DNA of 64,000 bases, taken from assembly GCA_038231135.1 (NCBI GenBank), contig JBBRLX010000003.1, positions 96,001-160,000 of the forward strand, in the 5' to 3' direction. The notes beneath the pieces were generated by a model. The model ran no database searches, was not told the DNA's origin, and saw only the letters and a program-made list of their open reading frames with translations. The position numbers and the translations under genes were made by a program. Positions 9,826-20,656 of this stretch are shown here, in pieces; positions within the stretch are counted from its first letter, which is position 1, and every line of letters begins with the position of its first letter. The DNA comes from Candidatus Eiseniibacteriota bacterium (GTDB taxonomy: Bacteria > Eisenbacteria > RBG-16-71-46).

Positions 9826-9839
9826 GTCTCTCATAGAGC

Positions 9840-11159
9840 CTATGCATAAACTCCGCGCAACATGATGACCCTGACCACCCGCTCGATTGCCACCATGAAC
9901 GCGGCCACCCGCATGTCGACCTTGTGCTCCACCGACTTGGCGAGCACGTCCTTGAACGCGGGCACCATGGTCTGCTCGAGGCGCAGGTTGACCTCGGCCT
10001 CCGGCCAGTAGAGCCCCATGCGGTTCTGGACCCATTCGAAGTACGACACGGTCACACCGCCCGAGTTGCACAGGATGTCCGGGATCACGAACACGCCCCG
10101 TTGCTGGAGGATGATGTCGGCATCGGGGGTGGTGGGGCCGTTGGCGCCTTCGGCCACGATGCGGGCGCGGATCTTGTCGGCGTTGTCGGCGCGGATCTGA
10201 TTCTCGAGCGCGGCCGGCACCAGGATGTCGCAGTCGTACTCGATGATCGAAGTGGTCAGCGGTTTGCTGCCGGGGAATCCGGCGACGCCACGGTGGTCGA
10301 TCGTCCAGCGGATCAGCGTCGGCACATCGAGTCCATCGGGATTGTGGATCGCGCCCGAGATGTCGCACACCGCCACGATCTTCGCTCCGTCCTTCGCCAT
10401 CAGGTCGGCCGATACCGAGCCCACGTTGCCGAATCCCTGCACCGCCACGCGCGCGCCCTGGAGCGGCAGGTCCAGGTGGCGGCAGGCCTCCCGCACGCAC
10501 AGCAGGACGCCACGGCCGGTGGCTTCGCGGCGGCCCAGCGAGCCGCCGATCTCGAGCGGTTTGCCGGTGACGACCGCGGTCTCGGTGCGGCGCTCGTGCA
10601 TGGAATACGTGTCCATGAACCACGCCATCACCTGCTCGTTGGTATTCACGTCCGGCGCCGGCACGTCGCTCTCGGGGCCGAACAGGTCCGACAGGTCCGC
10701 GGCGTAGCGGCGCGTGAGTTTCTCGAGTTCGCCCAGGGACATCTTGCTCGGATCGCAGGCGATGCCGCCCTTGCCGCCGCCGAATGGAATGTTGACCACC
10801 GCGCACTTCCAGGTCATCCAGGCGGCGAGCGCCTCGACCTCCTCCAGCGTCACGTCGGGATGGTAGCGGATGCCGCCCTTCGCAGGTCCGCGCACGATCG
10901 AGTGCTGGACGCGGTAGCCGGTGAACACCTTGAACGTGCCGTTGTCCATCAAGATCGGGAGCGACTGGATCGTCGCCCGGCGCGGCCGCTTGATGATCTC
11001 CTTGATGCCGTCCGGCAAGTTGAGGCGCGACGCCGCTTCATCGAACTGGCGCTCGGCGTTCGCCAGCGGATTCAATTCCTTCTGGATGTTGGTGCCTTCG
11101 ACTTGCACGGGATTCTCCAGGAACGGGCGTCGCGGACGCATCCGCGGTGGCCTTGGCAA
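9840..11159 (-). CDS. gdhA: Glu/Leu/Phe/Val dehydrogenase (glutamate dehydrogenase); start codon uncertain
   Basis: GPAKGGIRYHP, GGGKGG, DVPAPD, VTGKP, QGFGNVG, EGANGP, GGVTVSYFEWVQN. Confidence 0.95.
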   Translation of the reverse strand: MPRPPRMRPRRPFLENPVQVEGTNIQKELNPLANAERQFDEAASRLNLPDGIKEIIKRPRRATIQSLPILMDNGTFKVFTGYRVQHSIVRGPAKGGIRYHPDVTLEEVEALAAWMTWKCAVVNIPFGGGKGGIACDPSKMSLGELEKLTRRYAADLSDLFGPESDVPAPDVNTNEQVMAWFMDTYSMHERRTETAVVTGKPLEIGGSLGRREATGRGVLLCVREACRHLDLPLQGARVAVQGFGNVGSVSADLMAKDGAKIVAVCDISGAIHNPDGLDVPTLIRWTIDHRGVAGFPGSKPLTTSIIEYDCDILVPAALENQIRADNADKIRARIVAEGANGPTTPDADIILQQRGVFVIPDILCNSGGVTVSYFEWVQNRMGLYWPEAEVNLRLEQTMVPAFKDVLAKSVEHKVDMRVAAFMVAIERVVRVIMLRGVYA

Positions 11160-11243
11160 CGGCTCGGTCCCCGTGACCCACGGGGGTGGGACGACGCGCG
11201 CGAAGTATAGGTCGGCCCGCGGAAGGCCTCAACCGCGGTCACT

Positions 11244-12128
11244 TCATCGGTCTCGACTGGCCCGCGCTGGTTCGCGGCCCCGCCCGGCGCCGGCGCGTGG
11301 ACTTCGCGCCACGAGCCGGTTGCGGGAATCGTCCCAGAACGCCCGCACCTCGCCCCACGTCACCTCGAGCGGGGCGGGATCGAGCGCAGCGCGCGGCTCG
11401 AGCCCGGCGGGCCGGGCCGCGGTGGACCGCAGCGGCGCCTGGCCCTGGTCCGCGAGCGTTTCATCGTCGATCTGCTCGATGTACCAGCGGGTGCTGTCGC
11501 GCAGGAAGCCCTTGTCTTTCAGCTCCTGCGGGAGCAGCGCCGAGTCACCGCGCACCACGAAGAACCGCGTGACGCCGGTGACCTGGTAGTCCGGGGTTTC
11601 GATGCGCAACAACGTCTGCGCCGCGATCTCCTTGTGAACCCTGGCGCTCTTTCCGCGACGACTGTCGGGCAGCGCGACGAGGTTCTGATCGAACGTCAGA
11701 TTGATGCTGACCGGCGGCGGCTCGGCGGCGGTGCCGCGCACGAAGATGTTCGTGGCGATGTCGAGCTCGTCCTCGCGGGTGAGCGACCGGTTCCGGTACA
11801 CGTTGCCGGCGGTGTCGGTCGGCGCGAAGAAGAACTGGTAGTCGTCGGTGAAGATCTCGCGGTAGAGGTTCGGATCGCGATGGTTCCAGCACCATTCGTA
11901 GAGCCTGAGGACGCCGATCGCGGTGCCGGGATCGGGCGGAGCGGACGAGAACCCCGAAGTGCGGGTCACGCGCGGCTCGAATGGGTTGAAGCAGCCCGCT
12001 GCGAGCACGCCGAGGGCGAGGACGACCGCGCCGACTCCGAGGATCCGCAGCCACCCGCGGCCGCGGCCGTTTGCAGGGCCGCCCCCGCGCACCCGCCATG
12101 GGGTTCCGAATGACAGCCGATTCCGCAT
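11244..12128 (-). CDS. putative lipoprotein (possible NTF2/SnoaL-like fold)
   Basis: Lipobox LAAG-C(FNPF); ATG overlaps the upstream stop (TGATG); YREIFTDDYQFFF and WYIEQIDD segments. Confidence 0.65.
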   Translation of the reverse strand: MRNRLSFGTPWRVRGGGPANGRGRGWLRILGVGAVVLALGVLAAGCFNPFEPRVTRTSGFSSAPPDPGTAIGVLRLYEWCWNHRDPNLYREIFTDDYQFFFAPTDTAGNVYRNRSLTREDELDIATNIFVRGTAAEPPPVSINLTFDQNLVALPDSRRGKSARVHKEIAAQTLLRIETPDYQVTGVTRFFVVRGDSALLPQELKDKGFLRDSTRWYIEQIDDETLADQGQAPLRSTAARPAGLEPRAALDPAPLEVTWGEVRAFWDDSRNRLVARSPRAGAGRGREPARASRDR

Positions 12129-12817
12129 CACGACGGCGCCAGGCGGCGCTCTCCCATCGATAATTCGCCGGCATCGCGATTGGCGTCGGTCGCCTCGCGA
12201 TCCTGCCAGCGTACGATCACCCACTTGGACGATGCTCTCACGAACACCAGCGCCGCGAACCCGCGCGCGAAGATCTGGGTCTCTCCACCCTGCAGGATTG
12301 CGATCGCACGGTATTCACGGTACAGCGTCGCGGTATCCGACTGGTAGTCGTCTTCGGTGGTGACGTCCTTGCTCCACTGGAACAGGTAGGTGGCGCCGGC
12401 GGGCACGCTCGACAGCGTCACGAACCGCGAATAGAAATTGTCCTCATGGGCGTGATCCCAGTCGGGAGGCGGAGTTATGCCCAGCTGGGCCATATGGTTG
12501 ACGGTCTGCGGATCGAAGAACGCATGGAATTCGCGCCCGTCGACCGTGGTATCGCCGAACGCCCCCGAATACGCCGACTGACCATTCGACCGGCCCTTGT
12601 CCGCGATCGCGCGCGCCACCGTCCCCAGCGTGCTGTCGGGCTGGGAGTAGTTCGGCACCACCGAAGTCCCCGGCCGCGGCGCTTCCGGCGAAGCCGGCCG
12701 AAAGTACCCGCACCCCGACAGCGCCCCGAGCACGAGCGCGAGCGAGAACAGCGCCGGCCACCAGCGGTCCGAGGGGCGCGTCTCCCCGTAGCGTGCTCGC
12801 TGCGTTACAATTGCCAT
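12128..12817 (-). CDS. putative lipoprotein (possible NTF2/SnoaL-like fold)
   Basis: Lipobox LSG-C after a hydrophobic stretch; WVIVRWQD near the C-terminus; start overlaps the upstream gene's end. Confidence 0.65.
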   Translation of the reverse strand: MAIVTQRARYGETRPSDRWWPALFSLALVLGALSGCGYFRPASPEAPRPGTSVVPNYSQPDSTLGTVARAIADKGRSNGQSAYSGAFGDTTVDGREFHAFFDPQTVNHMAQLGITPPPDWDHAHEDNFYSRFVTLSSVPAGATYLFQWSKDVTTEDDYQSDTATLYREYRAIAILQGGETQIFARGFAALVFVRASSKWVIVRWQDREATDANRDAGELSMGERRLAPS

Positions 12818-14952
12818 GATAATTCCAGCCTGCCGTTCCAGTAGTCCGATTCAGCGCGTGGCGAGGGTTGCGCGAGGCCGTTCTGGAACGTGATCCCGCG
12901 ATTGCCCCGGTAGGAGCGCTGGAGATCGCCCGACAACCGCCCCTTCGCCCCGAGCGGAATGTTGAGGTTGCCGCCGCCCGAGAAATTGAGCGTCCGGTCG
13001 TCGCGCTGCGGGATCGAGCCCTGGTCCGTCACGGTGGCACGCGTGTTCGCCAGGTACTCGGTCGTCACGTTCAGCGCGAACAGCGGCGTCGGCTGGAACG
13101 TGATGCGGGTCCGCAGCGTGTAGTTGCGGCTCTCGTCCGCCTTGCTGAAGTACTCGGCGTCCGACAGCAGCGTGTAGTTGCCGCTCGGCGAGGTCTGGGC
13201 GACGTGGGTGATCTCGATGCTGGTGCGCGGCGTCACCACGGCGTTCAGCGTGGTGCGCGCCTCGTAGTTCAGCGTGAGCCGGTTGTTCACCGGCAGATTC
13301 GGGAACCGGATGTAGTCGGCGCTGAGCTGGTTGCGTTGCGTGGCCGTGAACCCCGGCAGGATCTGGCACGTCCAGCGCCATTCGGCGCGGTAGGTGCGGG
13401 TCTCGTTGTTGCCGCCGGTGCTCTGGCTCGGCAGGCTGATCAGCGACAGCCGGATCACCTCCATCGCCGCCCCGGTGCTGATGCGCTGCGAGCGGTTGTA
13501 CTGCCCGTCGATCCGGAACTGCTGCCGGTACTGATCCCGGTCCACGGGCAGGCTGGGGAACGAGTCGATCACGGAGTAGCGCGACTGGCTCAGGCTCACG
13601 TTGCCGTTGGCCGTGAACGTGAACCGCGGCCCGAACGCGTGGGTGAGCGAGGACTGGACCTGGCGGGAACTGGTCTTCTCGAGATAGCCGCCGCTTGCCA
13701 CGCGCTTCGGGAACCGCGAGTTGTAGTAGGTGTTGTCGAACGAGCCGTCGAGGTACCAGCCGAGCAACGCATAGCGGCCATCCACGTCGAACGCCTGGTC
13801 GGACCGGGTGTTCAGCGAGCTGAGATTGCTCGCGGTCGCGTTCCCCGAGCGCCCCAGCCGCTCGGTGACGTTCAGGTAGCGGTCATTGTCGCGCCGCATC
13901 CGCACCGCGGTGACGATCTTGTCGGTGTTGGTGCGGATCTGCTGGATCTGCGTGCTGTCGAGCGGCGATTCGACGCGCACCCGCCGGATGCCGTAGGTGA
14001 CGTTGAGCCCGATCGGCGAGTTCTGGTACATGCCGAGCGTGCCGTCGATGCTGTTCGCGAGGTCGCGGGTGTCGAACTCCTGGATCGCGCCCGGCACCCG
14101 CGTCTTCGCCGCGTTGCCGCTCAGGTGTCCGGTGACATCGTTCACCAGCCAGTCGCGTTGATAACGGGTGTGGCCCGTGAGGTCGCCCGACACGCCGCGT
14201 TTGATCTGCGAGACGTTCGTGAGGCCGAGGATGCCGCCGAAGAACGACAGCTCGCCGCCGAGGTTCCGCGACGGCTGCCCCTTGGCGCGCGCCGACAGCT
14301 GGAATTCGTTCTTGATCTCGGACTCGTTGTTGAGGTTGCCGGGATTCTTGCTGTCGAACCGCTCGAGGTTGGCGCGGCCGCCCAGCGACGCGTTGGGGGA
14401 GAACTTCCAGCCGCCCTCGGTGGTCGCGGTGCGGTTCTGCTGCAGGTTCAATTGCCCCCCCGCCCGGAACTGCTGGAGCGAGATGTTCGTGCTGTTGCGC
14501 AGGAACAGCGGTCCCCGAACCAGGTTCCAGTCGGCGGCGTTCGTCCAGATGTTCGTGGTCTGAGCGATGTTGTAGCTGCTCGTGTACTGGAGCGACGTCG
14601 CGCGCTGAAGCTTCGACGACAGTGGATTGAATTGCTCCCGGCGCATGATCACCCCCACGCTGTCGACCGTCGCGTGCAGGCTGTCGGACAGGAACGTGAT
14701 CCGGTCGAGGCTCATGCGATAGCGAATCGACAGCGCCCGGAGCGTATCGGGCGTGAGGCCGAGACTGTCCGCGAGCGGGAACAGCCGCCCGAACGTGAGA
14801 TTCAGCGTGTCCCGCAGCAGCGTCGTATCGGCGAACGCGAAGCGCCCGGTCGGCGCGGGAGGGGCCGTTTGCGCGGCGCCCGGGTCGCGCGCGGCCGCGA
14901 GGCCAATCGCAAGGGGAACAAGGAGAAGGAGAAGTCGCGTGGGTCGGGTCAT
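12805..14952 (-). CDS. large outer-membrane beta-barrel protein of unknown function
   Basis: Signal peptide MTRPTRLLLLLVPLAIGLAAA; many alternating amphipathic strands; C-terminal GRLELSWQL; start inferred. Confidence 0.65.
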   Translation of the reverse strand: MTRPTRLLLLLVPLAIGLAAARDPGAAQTAPPAPTGRFAFADTTLLRDTLNLTFGRLFPLADSLGLTPDTLRALSIRYRMSLDRITFLSDSLHATVDSVGVIMRREQFNPLSSKLQRATSLQYTSSYNIAQTTNIWTNAADWNLVRGPLFLRNSTNISLQQFRAGGQLNLQQNRTATTEGGWKFSPNASLGGRANLERFDSKNPGNLNNESEIKNEFQLSARAKGQPSRNLGGELSFFGGILGLTNVSQIKRGVSGDLTGHTRYQRDWLVNDVTGHLSGNAAKTRVPGAIQEFDTRDLANSIDGTLGMYQNSPIGLNVTYGIRRVRVESPLDSTQIQQIRTNTDKIVTAVRMRRDNDRYLNVTERLGRSGNATASNLSSLNTRSDQAFDVDGRYALLGWYLDGSFDNTYYNSRFPKRVASGGYLEKTSSRQVQSSLTHAFGPRFTFTANGNVSLSQSRYSVIDSFPSLPVDRDQYRQQFRIDGQYNRSQRISTGAAMEVIRLSLISLPSQSTGGNNETRTYRAEWRWTCQILPGFTATQRNQLSADYIRFPNLPVNNRLTLNYEARTTLNAVVTPRTSIEITHVAQTSPSGNYTLLSDAEYFSKADESRNYTLRTRITFQPTPLFALNVTTEYLANTRATVTDQGSIPQRDDRTLNFSGGGNLNIPLGAKGRLSGDLQRSYRGNRGITFQNGLAQPSPRAESDYWNGRLELSWQL

Positions 14953-15056
14953 TCGGACGTGCCGCGGCACCCAGAGAGGGAGGCGCAACGAGCCTAGCAT
15001 CGGCCAGGAAACACGGTCAATGAATTGCTCTACCCCGCGACGGGTCATCCCGATGA

Positions 15057-16250
<1,194 letters not shown>

Positions 16251-16254
16251 GTTC

Positions 16255-17064
16255 ATGGGAGGAGTCCTCCCACCCGCGGAGCGCCACAGCAGCGCTCTGA
16301 TGGGCCTGTACGCGACGCTCTCGCTGCTGCTGCTGATCATGGGCGACCACATTCCCGTCGGCGCCCTGCGCGGCATCGGCGCCTGGATGTTCTCCCCGTT
16401 CGACCGCGTGGTGCTCACCGCGGATCGCATCGCGGCGGCCTGGCGCGAGAATTCGTTGCTGCACCTCCAGATCACCCGGCTCGAGCTCGAGAACGAGCGG
16501 CTGCACGTCGCCGGACTCGAGAACGAGAGTCTGCGCCACATGCTCCAGCTGCCGCCGTGGCGCGGGATGCCGCTCAAGCCCGCCGAAGTGCTGGCGCTCG
16601 GCGGCGAATCGCTGCCGTCGTCGGCCACGCTCAGCGCGGGCACCCGCCAGGGCGTCAAGGAGGGCGACGTGGTGGTCACCGAGTCCGGGCTGCTCGGCCG
16701 CGTGGGCGAGGTGTGGCCGACGCTGTCGCGCGCGGTGCTGCTCACGGACGCCAATTCGGCGGTCGCCTGCGAGGTCGAGAGCACGAGCGTGCTCGGCGTG
16801 CTGCGGTTCATGACGCTGCCGCACCCCCATCTCGAGCTGACCGGCGTGCCGCTGTCCGACACGCTGCGGGTGGGACAGCGCGTGATCACGTCCGGCATGT
16901 CGCGCCACTATCCGCGCGGCATCATGGTCGGCTCGATCCACAGGATCGGGCGCGACTCCGGCGGGCTGACCCAGACGATCGAGGTCGCGCCGGCCGCGAT
17001 GTTGTCGCGGCTGCGCCATGTGTTCGTGATGACCCCGCCCACGCTGCCCGAGGACAAGCCATGA
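16255..17064 (+). CDS. mreC: rod shape-determining protein MreC
   Basis: N-terminal TM helix, coiled coil LENESLR, GLLGRV, VITSG..YPRGI; follows mreB. Confidence 0.92.
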   Translation: MGGVLPPAERHSSALMGLYATLSLLLLIMGDHIPVGALRGIGAWMFSPFDRVVLTADRIAAAWRENSLLHLQITRLELENERLHVAGLENESLRHMLQLPPWRGMPLKPAEVLALGGESLPSSATLSAGTRQGVKEGDVVVTESGLLGRVGEVWPTLSRAVLLTDANSAVACEVESTSVLGVLRFMTLPHPHLELTGVPLSDTLRVGQRVITSGMSRHYPRGIMVGSIHRIGRDSGGLTQTIEVAPAAMLSRLRHVFVMTPPTLPEDKP

Positions 17065-17573
17065 GAGCGTGGATCGTGCTGCTGTCGTTCGCGGGCGTCG
17101 TGCTGCTGCTACGGTCGACCGCGCTCACCTCGCTCGCCGCCCGCGGCGTGGTGGTGGACGTGCTCGCGTTCGCGACGGTGGTATGGGCGCTGCGTCACGG
17201 CGCCTCGTGGGGGGCCTCGTTCGGCTTCGCGCTCGGCCTCGCCGCCGATCTCGACGCGGCGCACTGGCTCGGCCGCCATGCGCTCGCGCTCGCGCTGATC
17301 GGTTACGCGATCGGCCGGCTGTCCCGCACGCTGGTGCGCGACAGCGTGCGCACCCAGTTCGTGCTGGTGCTCATCGCCACCGTGCTGCACCAGACGTGGT
17401 CGGTTGCGTTCGAGATCGGGGCCGTGGAAGGATGGTCGTACCTCGCGCAGCGCGTGCTGCTCGCCGCCCTGGTGACTCCGCCCCTGGGGGTGCTCCTGCT
17501 CGTGATCCTGCGCCACGGAACTGGTCAGCCATTGTTCGGTCATGTCGCTGTCGACGCGCGCCCGGCACCTTAG
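17061..17573 (+). CDS. mreD: rod shape-determining protein MreD
   Basis: Hydrophobic 170-aa protein with GFALGLAAD; ATGA overlap with mreC. Confidence 0.85.
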   Translation: MRAWIVLLSFAGVVLLLRSTALTSLAARGVVVDVLAFATVVWALRHGASWGASFGFALGLAADLDAAHWLGRHALALALIGYAIGRLSRTLVRDSVRTQFVLVLIATVLHQTWSVAFEIGAVEGWSYLAQRVLLAALVTPPLGVLLLVILRHGTGQPLFGHVAVDARPAP

Positions 17574-19422
17574 GCAGGGGCGCGCGTCGGTGCTGACCGG
17601 CGCGGTGCTCGCCGGCTTCGGCATCGTCACCGTGGGACTGATCCGGCTGCAGGTCACGTTCCACGACATGTACGTGGACCTGTCGAAGGAAAACCACGTG
17701 CGGCTCGAGCTGATCCGCGCCCCGCGCGGCTCGATCTACGACCGCCACGGCGTGCTGCTCGCCGACAGCGCACCCAGCTTCTCGATCGCGTTCCGGCCGT
17801 TCCCGGCCGAGAGCGCAGCGGTGACGCGGCTGACGACGGCACCCGGGTGGGTCGAGCGCGTGGCGAAGCTGATCGAGGCCGACACCACCGACGTCCGGCG
17901 CGCGGTGGCGCAGTCGAACCGCACCGGCCAGACCTCCGTGCTGCGCCGCAACGCGCCGTTCGCGGTGCGGGCCGCGATCGAGGAGACCCGCGGTGAACTG
18001 CCCGGGCTCGAGGTGCAGGTCGAGCCGCTGCGGCGCTACTCGCACGGCGCGCTCGCGGCCCACCTGCTGGGCTACGCCGGCGAGATCAACGAGCAGGAGC
18101 TGACCGAGCGCGCCGCCGAGGGCTACAGGTCCGGCGACCTGATCGGACGCAGCGGGATCGAGAAGGCCTACGAGGACATCCTGCGCGGCCAGGACGGCGC
18201 CGAGTTCGTGGTGGTGAACGCGATGGGCCGCCGGGTGTCGACGCTGAGCGAGGGTCCGCCGCGGCTGCCGATCCCGGGGCACGACCTGGTGCTGTCGCTG
18301 GACCTCAAGGTGCAGTCCGCGCTCGAGGATGCGATGGCGAACGTCGATCGCGGCGCCGCCGTGGCGATCGATCCGCGCGACGGCGGCGTCCTCGGCCTCG
18401 TGAGCCGGCCGAACTACGACCCCAACGAATTCTCGGTGGGACTGTCGACCGAGCGCTGGCGCGAGCTGTCGGAGGGCGGCGCGAACCCGCTGATCAACCG
18501 CGCGATCCAGGGCGTCTACCCGCCGGGCTCGACGTTCAAGGTCGTGACCATGCTGGCGGCGCTGCACAACGACGTCGCGCGCCCGGACACCCGGCTGGCC
18601 CCGTGCAGCGGCCGGTACGCGTTCGGCGGCCGCGTGTTCGGCTGCTGGAAGCACGACGGCCACGGCTCGCTCGACTTCATCGGGGCGCTGATCAACTCCT
18701 GCGACGTGTATTTCTATCAGATCGGGACGCGGCTGGGACTGCCGCACCTCGAGGAGGCGGCCCGCGAATTCGGATTCGGCGCGCGCACCGGCATCGATCT
18801 GCCGCAGGAGAAGAAGGGCCTGGTGCCGAGCCCCGCGTGGTACGACGCGCGCTGGGGGGCGGGCCGCTGGCGCAAGGGCATGATGCTCAACCTCGCGATT
18901 GGGCAGGGCGAGCTGCTGGTGACGCCGCTGCAGCTCGGGCTGATGATCGCGGAAGTCGCCATGGGGGGCAGGGCGCTGCGTCCCCACGTGGTGCGCAGCA
19001 TCCAGGGCGTGCCCGACTTCGCACCGGCCCGCCCGCCGCGCGAGCGCGTGGGCGGACGCCCGGAGGACTGGCAGGCAGTCCAGACCGCGCTCGAGGGCGT
19101 CGTGACGAGCGGCACCGCGAAGACCGCGCAGGTGGAGGGCATCCGCGTGGCGGGCAAGACCGGCACCGCCCAGAACCCGCACGGCCGGGATCACGCGCTG
19201 TTCGCCTGCTACGCGCCGGTCGACCATCCGCAGATCGCGCTGGCGTTCGTGATCGAGAACTCGGGCCACGGCGGCACTGTCGCCGGTCCGATGGCGAGCG
19301 ACGTGATCGCGCGCGCGCTGCTGCCCGATTCGGTGTACGCGCTGCGCCGCATGCGGATGCCGGCCGTGCTGCGCGCGCGGCCGCTCAAGCCCGACACCGT
19401 GGAGGTGCCGTATGGCGACTAG
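17542..19422 (+). CDS. mrdA: penicillin-binding protein 2
   Basis: APRGSIYDR; SxxK (GSTFK), SxD (SCD) and KTG motifs. Confidence 0.95.
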   Translation: MSLSTRARHLRQGRASVLTGAVLAGFGIVTVGLIRLQVTFHDMYVDLSKENHVRLELIRAPRGSIYDRHGVLLADSAPSFSIAFRPFPAESAAVTRLTTAPGWVERVAKLIEADTTDVRRAVAQSNRTGQTSVLRRNAPFAVRAAIEETRGELPGLEVQVEPLRRYSHGALAAHLLGYAGEINEQELTERAAEGYRSGDLIGRSGIEKAYEDILRGQDGAEFVVVNAMGRRVSTLSEGPPRLPIPGHDLVLSLDLKVQSALEDAMANVDRGAAVAIDPRDGGVLGLVSRPNYDPNEFSVGLSTERWRELSEGGANPLINRAIQGVYPPGSTFKVVTMLAALHNDVARPDTRLAPCSGRYAFGGRVFGCWKHDGHGSLDFIGALINSCDVYFYQIGTRLGLPHLEEAAREFGFGARTGIDLPQEKKGLVPSPAWYDARWGAGRWRKGMMLNLAIGQGELLVTPLQLGLMIAEVAMGGRALRPHVVRSIQGVPDFAPARPPRERVGGRPEDWQAVQTALEGVVTSGTAKTAQVEGIRVAGKTGTAQNPHGRDHALFACYAPVDHPQIALAFVIENSGHGGTVAGPMASDVIARALLPDSVYALRRMRMPAVLRARPLKPDTVEVPYGD

Positions 19423-20647
19423 GCCGTTGCGACTGCCGTTCCGGGTGCCGGAACTCGACTGGCCGCTCGCTGGCGCCGCCTTCGGATTGATCGTGATGGG
19501 GCTCCTGACCGTGTACAGCGCGACGTCGATGCCGGGCGTCCACGAGGGGTTGTGGGTCAAGCAGCTCATGTGGGCGATCGTGGCGATCGGCGCGGCGTGG
19601 CTGGCCGCGGCGCTGCCGTACCGGGTCTACGATTCGCTGTCGTATCCGCTGTACGGCGTGTCGCTGCTGTTCCTGGCGCTCGTGCTGGTGATGGGCTCGA
19701 GCGCGTTCGGGGCCAAGCGCTGGCTCGATCTCGGGCCGCTCAAGTTCCAGCCCTCGGAGCTCGCCAAAATCGCGACCGTGCTCGTGCTGGCGCGCCGGCT
19801 CGACAATCCCAAGCTCGACCTGCGCCGCATGCGCGACTGGCTGCCGCCGATGCTGTTCACGCTGGTGCCGTTCCTGCTCGTGGCGAAGGAGCCCGACCTC
19901 GGCACCTCGCTGTCGTTCCCGATCATCCTGATCGCGATGTACTTCTGGGCGGGAATGCCGTGGCCGCAACTCGCGCTCGGGCTGTCGCCGGTCGTGAACA
20001 TCGGGATGTTCGTGCTCACGGGCTCGGTGTGGTGGTTCGCGATCGTGCTCGCCGCAATGCTGGCCTGGTTCCGGCCTCGGCTCCCGGCGCTGATCGCGCT
20101 GCTGCTGCTGAACGGCGCCCTGGGCTATGCGCTGCCGCACCTGTGGAACGGCATGCACGACTACCAGAAGCGCCGGATCCAGACGTTCCTGAACCCGGGC
20201 GATGATCCCTACGGCTCCGGCTACCAGATCATCCAGTCCAAGATCGCGATCGGGTCCGGCGGCGTCACCGGCAAGGGCTACCTCAAGGGCACCCAGAAGG
20301 CGCTCGCGTTCCTGCCGATGCGTCACACCGATTTCATCTACTCGGTCGTGGGCGAGGAGCTGGGTTTGATCGGCGCGATGGTGGTGGTGATACTGTATGC
20401 CTTGCTGATCCTGAGGGGGTACGCGCTCGCGCACTCGACGCGCAACGGATTCGCGAGCCTGATGGTGGTGGGACTCGTGACGGCGTTGTTCTATCACATC
20501 ATGGTGAACATGCTGATGACGATCGGGTGGGCCCCCGTGACCGGCCTGCCGCTGCCGCTCATGTCCTACGGGGGCACCGCGCTGATCGTGAACGGCATCC
20601 AGATCGGCCTGATCCAGAACGTGGCGCTGCGCCGCCACGAATTCTGA
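19412..20647 (+). CDS. rodA: SEDS glycosyltransferase RodA
   Basis: GAKRW, FQPSELAK, EPDLGT, GYQIIQS, HTDFI, GLPLPLMSYGG. Confidence 0.96.
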   Translation: MATRPLRLPFRVPELDWPLAGAAFGLIVMGLLTVYSATSMPGVHEGLWVKQLMWAIVAIGAAWLAAALPYRVYDSLSYPLYGVSLLFLALVLVMGSSAFGAKRWLDLGPLKFQPSELAKIATVLVLARRLDNPKLDLRRMRDWLPPMLFTLVPFLLVAKEPDLGTSLSFPIILIAMYFWAGMPWPQLALGLSPVVNIGMFVLTGSVWWFAIVLAAMLAWFRPRLPALIALLLLNGALGYALPHLWNGMHDYQKRRIQTFLNPGDDPYGSGYQIIQSKIAIGSGGVTGKGYLKGTQKALAFLPMRHTDFIYSVVGEELGLIGAMVVVILYALLILRGYALAHSTRNGFASLMVVGLVTALFYHIMVNMLMTIGWAPVTGLPLPLMSYGGTALIVNGIQIGLIQNVALRRHEF

Positions 20648-20656
20648 CGGAGACCC

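Noticed and set aside
253..10806. Long antisense ORFs (253..1722, 2524..4665, 4717..7551, 7930..10806)
   Set aside because: Shadow frames of well-supported high-GC genes; Arg/Ala-rich with no motifs
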